64,000 bases of DNA from Octopus vulgaris (taxonomy: Eukaryota). Below, piece after piece: positions 13,280 to 25,965 of the stretch (position 1 is its first letter; each line of letters begins with the position of its first letter). Location: NCBI GenBank assembly GCA_951406725.2, contig OX597842.1, forward strand, positions 28,892,001 to 28,956,000, given 5' to 3'. The notes under the pieces are model-generated. The model had not been told where the DNA came from, did not search any database, and saw only the letters and a list, made by a program, of their open reading frames with translations. The position numbers and the translations under genes were made by a program.

Positions 13280-14284
13280 TCTCGGAGTGGTTGGCATTAG
13301 GAAGGGCATCCAGCTGTAGAAACTGCCAATCAGATTGGAGCCTGGTGCAACCATCTGGCTCACCAGCCTCCAGTCAAACTGTCCAACCCACGCCAGCATG
13401 GAAAGTAGACTTTAAACGATGATATATATATATATATATGTATATATATACACATATTATATACATATATACACACACACACACATATATATTGGAAGTG
13501 TTGTGATGACTGAGTAACCACTTCAATCCATTTCACTCAGACAAGCATCTCGTGTTTGCTCCTACCCTCATCCATTGATGCTGACATCATACATAGCCCC
13601 TACAAGTCATTCCGCACTGAGCTCAAGTGAACCCTCCAACACCAGCAGCAGCCCAGCCATCTGGATGTTGGGGTCCACAATGCTGAGTGAGCCCACTTGT
13701 CAGCCCCTTATGCACTCAGCTACACAAAGAGCGTAAGACACACACACAAGTCACCGCCAACGACAACAACATCATTTTACATGAATCAAACATTGCAGGT
13801 TCACTAATTAGATACAATCAGCAGTTTTAATGAGTGTACATCAGTGGTTTTCAACCAGGGTTCCGCCAGAAGTTGCAAAACTGCTAAAATCGGCAGTAAT
13901 TTTTAAGATATGTGTGCATAAGACTATTAAATTATTGCACAGGGGTTCCTCGAGCCAGTGGAATGCTTCCTTGGGGTTCCGCTCCAGCAAAAAGTTTGAA
14001 AAGCACTGGTGTAGACTGTTGGAATAAAGGAAGAGTTGAGAAGGGGCGAGAGGACCTGAAGCACTGACTCAAGAACAAAGTCACGTCCAACCCATGCCAG
14101 CATGGAAGAAGTGTAAACAGTAACAAGGATGAAACACCAATCTGCTCACCAACACTACTACCATCACCACCACCATCAGTGACAACCCTAACCATGCAAC
14201 AACTTGTACTGGATTACATTTTACCAGTGATGCATAAGAGTGACCTGACCACTGCACATTACCCCTTCTATACTCCACTGAGCT

Positions 14285-14705
14285 CCACACTCCACCCAAT
14301 GCCACACACCACCTGACACTTCACTCCACCTAACATCACACTCCACTTGGATCCACACACCACCAAATGCCACACTACACTCAATGTCACACTCCACCTG
14401 ATGCTACACTACACTCAATGTCACACTCCACCCGATGTGACACTACACTCAATGTCACACTCCACTCAATGTCACACTACACTCAATGTCACACTACACT
14501 CAATGTCACACTCTACCCAATGCCACACTACACTCAATGTCACACTCCACCCAATTCCACACTACACTCAATGTCACACTCCACCCGATGCCACACTCCA
14601 CCCAATGCCACACTCCACTCAATGTCACACTCCACCCGATGTCACACTCCACCTGATGCCACACTACACTCAATATCACACTCCACTCAATGTCACACTC
14701 CATTC
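14285..14705. repeat. 17-bp minisatellite TCAATGTCACACTCCAC abutting the ST7 exon 7 donor
   Basis: Degenerate tandem units are directly visible. Confidence 0.9.
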
Positions 14706-14722
14706 CACATCAGTCTACTTAC

Positions 14723-14822
14723 TGTGTGCGGTGTCATGCATCAGTGACTGCTGACATGTCTGTTGTGACTTTTTATAGTTGATCTCTGCATATTTGTATG
14801 CTTGCTTGAATAATTTCTCAGC
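14723..14822 (-). CDS. ST7: ST7 coding exon 7
   Basis: atttcag|GCT GAG AAA...CAC A|GTAAGT. Encodes AEKLFKQAYKYAEINYKKSQQTCQQSLMHDTAH. Confidence 0.93.
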
Positions 14823-14951
14823 CTGAAATTATATAGACATGTTTGCATATATAAACATATACAGATATGTGTGTGTGTGTAAATATATATATATACATAA
14901 GAAATACTAAATTTCTAAATCTCTCGTAGAGACATGTACGGTGGTGGGGCG

Positions 14952-15318
14952 ATAGAATGGTTGTATACTGTCAATCTAATACGAACGTGACAGTAGGGGG
15001 TACACCACCGCTGTATAGCCCTAGGAAGCATCGACACCTCCTGATGGCTTTGACACATTGAAAAATGTGTCAAAGCCATCAGGAGGTGTCGATGCTTCCT
15101 AGGGCTATACAGCGGTGGTGTACCCCCTACTGTCACGTTTGTCAAAGCCATCAGGAGGCGTTCGATGCTTCCTAGGGCTATACAGCGGTGGTGTACCCCC
15201 TACTGTCACGTTCGTCAAAGCCATCAGGAGGCGTTCGATGCTTCCTAGGGCTATACAGCGGTGGTGTACCCCCCTACTGTCACGTTCGTATTAGATTGAC
15301 AGTATACAACCATTCTAT
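14952..15318. repeat. Fold-back inverted repeat with a triplicated 73-bp unit in the right arm
   Basis: Left arm 14952-15059, GAAA loop 15060-15063, right-arm units starting at 15069, 15141 and 15214. Confidence 0.92.
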
Positions 15319-17196
15319 ATATATATATATATTATATGTAGAAAAATACAAACTGGGACGAGAACGTAAAACATTTAGAAGACGATACAAAAAACACGGA
15401 CGGGACATTCGAAGCCTTCAATCTTCAGTCAAGAACCGGATCATCCTAGCAATTTTGGCTGATTAATCTTGAGATCGCTCCGATGCGGCCAGCCCCAAGG
15501 AAAAACTAAGCTACGAGCATTAGATTTCTTGGAAAAAGGATCGAATGTATACGAAACAGGGACAGAAAAACGGACGATGTTACACGAATATAAGAAACAA
15601 AAAACAATAATGGTAAAAAATTGAGATTTTTTTTTCATTACAAAACAATTAAAAGCATTGAAAAAAAAAAGCAAAACAACTTTAAGGACATTCAAACATT
15701 TTTTATTCAAAGTGGACCACAACAGGCGACAATTCACTTTACTTTGAATAGCTACGGCAAACTTCGTTAACCATTCAGCTATGCTCGTTCTCTTTCAACT
15801 GGAATCTAACCCCTGACCAACCCTAAAACGCAATTGTCTTTAAAATAATATACACCGTATATCATTGAAAAATATTTCCTAAGCTCCAGTAGGGGCTTGC
15901 TATTAACTTAGTTTTTGCAGTGTTGCGCCAATCAGCTCATTTGCATACGCAAGTCGCTGTAGGATCAACTACTTGCAACTGGCTAGCGTGGATGCGTGCA
16001 CCGGGTCCAGACCAAGCGACTAGTACCCACTTCCCACAGGTTGGGCAACCATATATTTTCTTTGCAGTAGCACACCTTTTTCTGTCTTCATTCCTGATCT
16101 CTCTCTCTCTCTCTCTGGCAGGATAATCTTGTACTTCCTCTACAGCAAGACACCTGTATCTGTCTCACAATAACCTTTGCATCATCACCTCTCCCAATGC
16201 CTCCTCCCCTCTTAAATGTTTTGTCGTGCAAATACCTGGTGACCCCGTCAGTACAGGTGCCACTTTAAAAAGCACCCAGCAACCACTCTATTGAGTGGTT
16301 GCTGTTAGGAAGGGCATCCAGCTGTAAAAATCCAGCCAAATCAGTCACAGAAGTCTGGTGCCGGCTTCGCTGTGGCCAGCTTTTGTGGTACCATCCCACC
16401 CATGCTAGAATGGAATACTCTTTTACTTGTTTCAGTCATTTGACTGCGGCCATGCTGGAGCACCGCCTTTAGTCGAGCAACTCGATCCCGGGACTTATTC
16501 TTTTTGTAAGCCCAGTACTTATTCTATCGGTCTGTTTTGCTGAACCGCTAAGTGACGGGGCCAACCAAAGCCTTGTGAGTGGATTTGGTAGACGGAAACT
16601 GAAAGAAGCCCGTCGTATATATGTATATATATATATATGTTTATATGTATGTGTGTATGTGTTTGTGTGTCTGTGTTTGTCCCCCTAGCATTGCTTGACA
16701 ACCGATGCTGGTGTGTTTATGTCCCCATTACTTAGCAGTTCGGCAAAAGAGACCGATAGAATAAGTACTGTGCTTACAAAAGAATAAGTCCCGGGGTCGA
16801 GTTGCTCGATTAAAGGCGGTGCTCCAGCATGGCCGCAGTCAAATGACTGAAACAAGTAAAAGAGTAAGAGAGTGCGTGTGTGTATTTGTGTGTCTGTGCT
16901 TGTTCTGCACTGCCATCACTTGACAAGTGTTGAGAGGGATTCTTTGGCATTTGAGGAAATGTAACAAAAGCAAAGTTTGAAAGAAATATTACCCTATTTT
17001 CCATACTTTTTAGGGATATGCAAACAGGAAACAACATCCAAGGACAAAGACCGTGTTACACAGTGCTATCTGTTACTGCATAACTTTCACAATTGTGGTT
17101 CTTTGCATCCTGTGGTGGATGCTCCAAGAGAATTTAGATGTTTAACGGCAATGGATCATCAAAGGGAACTTTTATTGCATTACTTCACAGGGATCA

Positions 17197-17545
17197 GCAG
17201 AAGAAGAAAGAGAAGAAGAAGAAAGAGAAGAGGGAGAAGAAGAAGAAGAAGAAGAAGAAGAAGAAGAAGAAGAAGAAGAAGAAGAAGAAGAAGAAGAAGA
17301 AGAAGAAGAAGAAGAAGAAGGAGGAAGAAGAAGGAGGAGGAGGAGCAGAAGAAGAAGAAAGAGAAGGAGAAGAAGAAAGAGAAGAAGCAGGAGGAGGAGG
17401 AGCAGAAGAAGAAGAAAGAGAAGGAGGAGGAGAAGGAGAAGAAAGAGAAGAAGGAGAAGCAGGAGGAGGAGCAGCAGAAGAAGAAGCAGGAGAAGGAGAA
17501 GAAGGAGAAGGAGAAGAAGAATGAGAAGAAGCATCATCATCATCA
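17197..17545. repeat. (GAA)n/(GGA)n polypurine tract
   Basis: Seen directly in the sequence. Confidence 0.95.
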
Positions 17546-17705
17546 GTAATGTTAGTGGAATCCCTTATTTGGTGAGTGTGGAGGGAAGGCTGTGTTGCCA
17601 AGCGTCCTTCACTGCTGTGGATGCTGCAGGGTGATAAGAGGCTGGCATTCAAATTGAGTTGAAATATTTTAGTTCACTGCAGATATCAACTGGACAATAA
17701 GGTCT

Positions 17706-18100
17706 ACTCTTTTACTTGTTTCAGTCATTTGACTGCGGCCATGCTGGAGCACCGCCTTTAATCGAGCAACTCGACCCCAGGACTTATTCTTTTTGTAAGA
17801 CCAGTACTTATTCTATCGGTCTCTTTTGCCGAACCGCTAAGTAATGGGGACATAAACACACCAGCATCGGTTGTCAAGCAATGCTAGGGGGACAAACACA
17901 CATACACACACACATATATATATATATATACATATATACGACGGGCTTCTTTCAGTTTCCATCTACCAAATCCACTCACAAGGCTTTGGTGGGCCCGGGG
18001 CTATAGTAGAAGACACTTGCCCAAGGTGCCACGCAGTGGGACTGAACCCGGAACCATGTGGTTGGTAAACAAGCTACTTACCACATAGCCACTCCTGCGC
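17706..18100 (-). mobile_element. SINE family A
   Basis: Reverse complement of the 10868 copy. Confidence 0.85.
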
Positions 18101-18388
18101 CTGTGACTTTTGTATTTGCATCCCTTTGATGGTGTGTCTGGAGGAAGCCCAATGTCTCTGTAAGGACTACAGAGATCCAATGAATTATAACTAAAGCGTT
18201 GCCTTGGTGATCAGCTGTGATTAAGCATCCAGTTGCATGTGGAGCATCCACTACAGAGGATGCTGATAAGCACAACGGGGAAAGGTGTGAATGAACTAAT
18301 AATCCTTTCGACTATGGGCACAAAGCTCGAAACGTGTGGGGTGGTGGTGGTGGGATTTAGTTTAGAGAAAGGTGGATAAGGCAGTTAC

Positions 18389-18443
18389 CTCGGCAACAGA
18401 CTGTGACTCCTCTTCAGCCAACAAGATGAGGGACGTAGCACAC
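18389..18443 (-). CDS. ST7: ST7 coding exon 6 (55 nt)
   Basis: ctctccag|G TGT GCT ACG...GCC GAG|GTAACT. Encodes CATSLILLAEEESQSVAE (compare CATAYILLAEEEATTIAE). Phases 2 in and 0 out fit the neighbouring exons. Confidence 0.93.
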
Positions 18444-18574
18444 CTGGAGAGTGAATAAAAGAGACATTAGTTTGATCTTGAGAAACTGATAAACATGCAG
18501 AGGGAGAAATACAGTAATAGCAATAAGTTGGTTGAGGGCTGGAGTCTGCAGAATGGGGATGATGATGATGACAT

Positions 18575-19083
18575 AAAGATTTTGAAACAGAAATTAGCAA
18601 AATGTAGAATTAATGTCAATAGGGTTAATACAGGTAATTTTTTCTTTATAGCCTGCTTTAAGTAAGGCAGAGTTATAAAATTCAGCTTTATCATTGAATG
18701 CATCAACATTAACAGAAAATCTAGAAAGTCTAACTGAAATGTTCCTAATAGCCTTAGAGTGGTTACTGAAAGAACTAATATATTTTAAATTAATTGAGGG
18801 TTTATGGCAAGTATGACTCATTATGCGTGTTAAGGGCAATATCCAAAAAGTTGGCTTTAGTTATATCACTGGCAATAACAATTCCTAAGCCCATGTTTTG
18901 GAAAAATTTAAGCTATTTTAGGCGCAGGAGTGGCTGTGTGGTAAGTAGCTTGCTAACCAACCACATGGTTCCGGGTTCAGTCCCACTGCGTGGCATCTTG
19001 GGCAAGTGTCTCCTACTATAGCCCCGGGCCGACCAATGCCTTGTGAGTGGATTTGGTAGACGGAAACTGAAAGAAGCCTGTCG

Positions 19084-19153
<70 letters not shown>

Positions 19154-19985
19154 TGTATATGTTTGTGTGTCTGTGTTTGTCCCCCTAGCATTGCTTGACA
19201 ACCAATGCTGGTTTGTTTACGTCCCCGTCACTTAGCAGTTCAGCAAAAGAGACCGATAGAATAAGTACTGGGCTTACAAAGAATAAGTCCTGGGGTCGGG
19301 TTGCTCGACTAAAGGCGGTGCTCCAGCATGGCCACAGTCACATGACTGAAGCAAGGAAAAGAATATTCTTAACCCTTTGTAATTTTTGGTTAGTGTCGCC
19401 TTACTGGCACTTATGCCTGTGCTAGCGAGGTCATTGCCAGTACCACCTGACTGGCCCCTGCGCAGGTGACAAGTAAAAAGCACCCACTACACTCTCAGAG
19501 TGGTTGGCGTTAAGAAGGGCATTCAGCCTTAGAAACTCTGCCAGATCAAAACTGGAGCATGGTGCAGCCATCTGGTTGCCAGCCCTCAGTCAAAACCGTC
19601 CAACCCATGCCAGCATGGAAAACGGACGTTAAACGATGATGATGATGATGAGTAGATAATCATCACGAAATAGACCACCATTGATGCTTGGGAATTGGTC
19701 AGCCATCGCATAAAGGATATATATACTGACTAGATCAGCGATTTGTGTTGAATCAGAACTTCCCACCGTGACATCAAAACTGTTAGGTGTCTCTTTACGG
19801 ATCCAGGCTGCCAACACGACATGCTTGGTGAGGCCTGCTTAATTGTGAGCTGGCCAGAGTGCCTTGTTGAATGCAATTGAGTTGATGGAGGAAGAGACAC
19901 TAGAAATGTCAAACTGGATAAATTTAGTGCACTTCTTGCTATTAATAAAACTAAAACAGTCGACAACTTGGAACAAATTAGAAAC
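18575..19985 (-). mobile_element. Degenerate Penelope-like element RT remnant, interrupted by a SINE and an RTE tail
   Basis: WIRKETPNSFDVTVGSSDSTQIADLV...GGLFRDD (about 19660-19805) resembles the PLE RT motifs FDVTMGSYDGAEVCELVG...GLYRDD. ANFLDI and HKPSINLKYISSFSNHS...ISVRLS...FN...YNSALLKAGY (about 18640-18860) resemble the downstream PLE RT region. Confidence 0.75.
18921..19360 (+). mobile_element. SINE family A
   Basis: High similarity to the 10868 copy. Confidence 0.85.
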
Positions 19986-20035
19986 ATATTTATTTATCTA
20001 TATATATGCACATATACATACATATAAACATATAT

Positions 20036-20067
<32 letters not shown>

Positions 20068-20310
20068 TCTCTTTTTACTCTTTTACTTGTTTCAGTCATT
20101 TGACTGCGGCCATGCTGGAGCACCGCCTTTTAGTCGAGCAAATCGACCCCGGGACTTATTCTTTGTAAGCCCAGTACTTATTCTATCGGTCTCTTTTGCC
20201 GAACCGCTAAGTGACGGGGATGTAAACACACCAGCATCGGTTGTCAAGCAATGCTAGGGGGACAAACACAGATACACAAACATATACACACACATACATA
20301 TATATATATA

Positions 20311-21594
20311 TACGAAAATTTAACCTTTTAGGCTACTTTCAAGCCTTCGCCATAACTTGATTTATCTTTCCTATCTCTCTCTCTACGAAATTTAACCTTA
20401 GGCTACCTCAAGCCGTAATCCCATCTTTCCCATCTTTCCGCCATCGGCGGTCTTTCCTCCTCTTCTTCTTCTTATGCTAAAACTTGAAAATCGCCATTAC
20501 CATTACGATTCTGCAATTTAAATTCCCAATTCAACTTACTTTCTTCTTCAATTTCAACTCCCGGTCGATGCCCGCAGCAAGTTCTTAAAAATTTATCTTA
20601 CTATTTTATTTTTCCATACATAGCGCGACATACATTCATTCGTTGTTACTACGTTTATTCATACATTGATAACTTGATTCGTCTTACCCATCTCACTCAC
20701 TACGAAAATTTAACCTTTTAGGCTACTTTCAAGCCTTCGCCATAACTTGATTTATCTTTCCTATCTCTCTCTCTACGAAATTTAACCTTAGGCTACCTCA
20801 AGCCGTAATCCCATCTTTCCCCATCTTTCCGCCATCGGCGGTGCGCCCCCCCCCACCACCAATACCGATGAACACCCACCCCCACCACCAATACCGATGA
20901 ACACTGTTCTCACCCCCACCACCAATACCGGTGAACACTGTTCTCACCCCCACCACCAATACCGGTGAACACTGTTCTCACCCCCACCACCAATACCAGT
21001 ATACCCTGTTCTCACCATCTACACCGGATACGCCCTACTCATCTACACCGGATACGCCCTACTCCCTCCTCCTCCCCCCACTACCCCTTCTCCTCATATG
21101 CTTTCACTGTGAAAAGACAAGCTGCTAGCGCCATAGCTCATCAACTGCCCACCGATCTTACGCTTCCTCCTGACACTGCCTCAATCCGACCATCCCCTTT
21201 TAGTACCCTCCCGCCTCGTAATATCCTACGTTTTTATTTCTTACGAACCTACACCAACCCTTCCTGCCATCGTTCCTCCTTACCCCAACCTTCCCCACTG
21301 GTTACTCCCCTATATTACCCACCTCAACTGGACCCCCTCTCCCCAACTCTTAAAATGCTCGAACCGATCGTGACCGATGCCGGACCCTCCGGCCCCTGTG
21401 CAGGTGGCACGTAAAAAGCACCCAATCCACTCACGGAGTGGTTGGCGTTAGGAAGGGCATCCAGCCGTAGAAACTCTGCCAGATTCAGACTGGAGCCTGG
21501 AGTGGCCCCTGGCTTCCCAGACCCGGTCGAACCGTCCAACCCGTGCTAGCGCGGAAAGCGGACGTTAAACGATGATGATGATGATGATGATGAT
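20311..21594 (+). mobile_element. 1.28-kb non-coding insertion with an RTE-type 3' tail, splitting a family A SINE
   Basis: SINE halves lie at about 20072-20313 and 21595-21767. The insert ends in the RTE 3' UTR plus (GAT)n and has an internal 140-bp direct repeat. Confidence 0.6.
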
Positions 21595-21922
21595 ACACAA
21601 ACATACGACAGGCTTCTTTCAGTTTCCGTCTACCAAATCCACTCACAAGGCATTGGTCGGCCCGGGGCTATAGTAGGAGACACTTGCCCAAGATGCCACG
21701 CAGTGGGACTGAACCCGGAACCATGTGGTTGGTTAGCAAGCTACTTACCACACAGCCACTCCTGCGCATATATATATATATATATACATACATACAACTG
21801 GAAAGGCAACTAACTGAAAAACAGTGTATCAAGAATAAGTATGCTTCCAACCCATGCAAGCATGGAAAAATAGACATAAAACGATAATTATGTTACAATA
21901 TGAAAGTGAATGCCAGACTTAC

Positions 21923-22001
21923 TCAGAGTTTTTTTCCAGGCCTCTGTGGGCCTCTCGTATTCTCACTTCTGGGTTCCTCTCTCGCCAGGCCATCTGCATA
22001 A
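21923..22001 (-). CDS. ST7: ST7 coding exon 5
   Basis: cccttcag|TT ATG CAG...TCT GA|GTAAGT. Encodes IMQMAWRERNPEVRIREAHRGLEKNS. Confidence 0.95.
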
Positions 22002-22080
22002 CTGAAGGGAAAGAGAGAAAGAGAGAGAGGTATGGTGGGAGGTGTGAGTGGGTAAAGGTAGCAAAGAGAATACACACATG

Positions 22081-22118
<38 letters not shown>

Positions 22119-23041
22119 TATACATATGCAGACATATACACACACATACACAATTATCTACATACATACATATACACACACAAGGGATTAATTCTTTCAC
22201 TTTTTTTTACTTGTTTCAATTATTTGACTGTAGCCATGCTGGAGCACCACCTTTAGTCAAACAAATCAAACCCCAGGACTTATTCTTTGTAAGCCTAGTA
22301 CTTATTCTATCGATCTCTTCTGCTGAACTGCTACACTACGGGGGACTTAGCAGTTGTCAAAGTGATAGTGAGTGGACAAACACAGACACACAAAATGGGC
22401 TTCTTTCAGTTTCTATCTACCAAATCCATTGACCAGGCTTTGGTCAGCCTGCGGCTATAGTAGAAGACACTTGCCCAAGATGCCACGCAGTGGGACTGAA
22501 CCCTGAACCATGTGGTTGGTAAGCAAGCTACTTACCACACAGCCACTCCTGCACCTACGCTGCAAAGTTCTTGGCTTGAGGTGAAAGAAAATCCAGGAGG
22601 ATCAATTATTCAAGATTTTGTTCAACATATTCCCCTCTGAGGTTCACATAACACAGTGGTCCTTCAGTTTTTCTAAGACCTGTAAAAGAACTTGGAAGGT
22701 TAGGCCTCAAACCAGGCCTTTCACGAGACCCTTAAATCCAGGAACTTTTCAGTACCCACCTCATACACACACACACACACACACAAATTTGCATACATGC
22801 ATAACACACCTTCTAGGATTAGTTCTTGTTTGTGGAACAAATCAGCTGGAGTCAGACTCAAGAAATCAATCCTTGTCTCATGTCATGAAGAACTGCCTCC
22901 ACCTCCCTAAGATTCCATCAGAAGTTCAGAGCCCAAGGAAGGACACACACAGAAACAAACACACGAAATATATACATCATGCCCACCACCACCAACAACA
23001 TCAACAACAGCCTCAGTAAAAACTGACAAAAGTGTACCCAC

Positions 23042-23212
23042 TCTCATATTCCTGTTTGCCAGCATCTCCATCACATGTGAAGAACGTCTGGTGATCCTGC
23101 GCTGACAGGTTCATATCATAATAAGTGAGCGGCTCTTTGTCCATTTCCCATGTGAATCGCTGGTATTCCGCACCTCGAAAGAGGTTGAGTGGATTTCGCC
23201 ATAGCTTACACT
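23042..23212 (-). CDS. ST7: ST7 coding exon 4
   Basis: cgacag|AG TGT AAG...GAG A|GTGGGT. Encodes [57 protein letters not shown]. Confidence 0.96.
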
Positions 23213-24993
23213 CTGTCGGATAGAAACAGCAGAAAGTAAGAAAAGACAATCAACAAAAAGAATCAAAGACATTTTCAAAGAGGAATATTTATGCCAGAAA
23301 CCGGGAATTAATGTCAATATTTTTACTACAAAGAAGGCAGTCAGCTTGTAGAATTGTTTTTGTGTTGAATGAAATGCTTAGTGGTATTTCAACCGTCACA
23401 ACATTCTGAGTTCAAATTCCACCAAAGTTGACTTTGCCTTTCGTCTTTTTGGGGTCAATAAATTAAGAACCATTGACACCCGGTGGCACATAAAAATTAC
23501 CATCTGAATGTGGTCGAAGTCAGCCGCCCACCCTGACTGGCTCCTCCTGTGTTGGTGGCATGTAAAAAGCACCATCCAAACGTGGCTAGTGCCAGTGCCA
23601 CCTGACTGGCTCCCATGCTGCTGGCACATAAAAAGCACCCACTACACTCACGGAGTGGTTGGCGTTAGGAAGGGCATCCAGCTGTAGAAACCTTGCCAGA
23701 TCAGACTGGAACCTGGTGCAGCTTCCTAGCTTGCCAGTCTCCAGTCAAACCATCCAACCCATGCCAGCATGGAAAATGGACATTAAACGATAATGATGAT
23801 GATGATGATGAAATACTGGGATCAATACAATTGACTGGTTTTTAATAAGAGACCCTTATTCACCATTCTTCAAACCTTAAAACTGCCATGCACAGTATAA
23901 CCTTTAACTGACACGTAAGAGAACCATCCGAACGTGGCCGTTGCCAGCACTGCTCCGACTGGCCTCCGTGCCAGTGGCCCATAAAAAGCACCATCCGATC
24001 GTGGCCATTGCCAGCCTCATCTGGCACCTGTGCCGGTGGCACATAAAAAGCACCCACTACATTCATGGAGTGGTTGGCGTTAGGAAGGGCATCCAGCTGT
24101 AGAAACACTGCCAGATCAGACTGGGCCTGGTGCAGTCTTCTGGCTTCCCAGATCCCCGGTCGAACCGTCCAACCCATGCCAGCATGGAAAGCAGACGTTA
24201 AACGATGATGATGATGATGATGATGACATACAGAAACAGAGGAGAGAGTCCATGTCCACACTGTGACACTAAAAGGGATAAAGACCCCCTTGGGGTCATG
24301 AGTGGCCAGGGGATTGTACCTAGAAAGTTCCCCTCTAAAGCACAAGTCCAGGCAAGGTTGTTTATAGAAGACCTACAGTCACCATGCATGCCAGCCTCTC
24401 CTCTCCATGCATGCCAGCCTCTCCTCTCCATGCCAATGGTGTTGTCCAAGGAAATGGCAAAGGCCGATACAGCTTGGCACCAGTGACGTCACAACTCATT
24501 TCCACAGCTGCTCAAGAACTCAATACACAGCCCGGTCCAGGAATCAAACCCACAACCTCATGACTGTGAGCTCGATGCTCTGACCACTGAACCATGGGCC
24601 TGTGGCACTGCAATACATACAAAAAGCCACTGTACGCCTCACTATACTGTGTGGTCTTTAACCAGTTGCAGATAAGATGTATACCCGGCTCTTAGTTGTT
24701 TTTGCTAGATATTGATCAGAGAGGAGCTGGATTAACCCTTTCGTTACTGTATTTATTTTGAGATGTTCTGTGTTTCTTTCAATTACTTTAAATATAACAA
24801 AGAATTTAGTCAAATAACTTAGTTATCATTCAGCTAGTGTTAGGAACATAAATTGTGACTAAGGTTTGGTGAAAGATTTTAATTCAAAACTTATGAAAAC
24901 AAGACATTTGTACTACAGAGCCAGAGGCGGTTTCAGCCGGCGAAGCCAGGCCTACACAACAACAACAATCATAACAATAAGATGAACACTGAC

Positions 24994-25168
24994 CTGGCAC
25001 ATGATGCTGTTGGCTGTTGCTGTTACCTCCCTCTGACACGCTGCTGTCACCTGTGCTGCTGCTGTTGTTGCTTCCGCTGCTACCCCCCAGCAGCGGTGAG
25101 AGGTGGTTGAGAGAAACTTGCTCTATGAATGAGGTGCCATACTTTTTGAAGTACCACCACTCGAAGAT
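24994..25168 (-). CDS. ST7: ST7 coding exon 3
   Basis: ctccag|ATC TTC GAG TGG...CCA G|GTCAGT. Encodes [29 protein letters not shown] plus a Ser/Asn-rich linker. Confidence 0.96.
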
Positions 25169-25882
25169 CTGGAGTGAGAGAGAGAAGTGTGAGTGTGAGT
25201 GAGCCAAGAGAGAGAGAGAGAGAGAGATGAACAAGAGAAAGCTTTATAAAAACAAGAGCAGGGAGGGAGAGAGGGGCTGACAGGATCTTCACTGTGGGGT
25301 TTGGCTTGGGCCAGGGCTAGATGTTGGAGGTGGCAGTGGCCATTGTGGTTGAGGTATCAGTTGTGGTGTTGTCCCTTACAAGTGGTGAGGATAATGATTG
25401 TGGAACTGTGTAGAAACCAGTTTCAAATTCCAGCACAAGGCCAGCAATTTCAAAGGAGGAGATAAGTTGATTATATTGATCCCCAGTTTATAACTGCTAT
25501 TTATTCTATCAACACTGAAAGTTGACCTCGGCAGAATTCGAATTTGAAACTGTTGATATTAAGAGCTGGATCATGTGAGTGTGTGCATGTGTATTCTGTT
25601 GATCGCTTTTGCCAAACTGCTAAGTTACATGGGTGTAAACACACCAACATTGGTTGTCAAGCGATGTTGCAGGGACAAAGTCAGATGTGAAACAAAGAGT
25701 CTTGCTCAAGAACACAACACACAACCTGGTCCGGGAATCGAACTCACTACCTCAAGATTGTGAGCAGGACAGTCTAACCACTGAGCCATACGCCTGTGTA
25801 TAGGAGGGAGCCCTATTGAAAGGGGGGGAGAGAATAAAGGAACAGACAGACAAACAGATAAACAAGGATGTGTGTCACTTAC

Positions 25883-25965
25883 CAATATGAGACCTGAAAT
25901 CAAAGATGAGGTCCCTGTAAGGGCCACATAGAACTTTGGAGTCAGGGTGTTGAGGAACATTGTGG
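25883..25965 (-). CDS. ST7: ST7 coding exon 2
   Basis: ttttccag|CC ACA ATG...ATA TTG|GTAAGT. Encodes [27 protein letters not shown], a hallmark ST7 motif. Phase 1 in matches exon 1. Confidence 0.96.

Noticed and set aside
15395-15440. Minus-strand CTGAAGA-ttGAAGgCTTC-GAAT-GTC as a hammerhead
   Set aside because: It has GAAU in place of GAAA and no stem I pairing.
16977-17652. Poly-Arg/Lys/Glu/Leu ORFs
   Set aside because: They are translations of the (GAA)n simple repeat.
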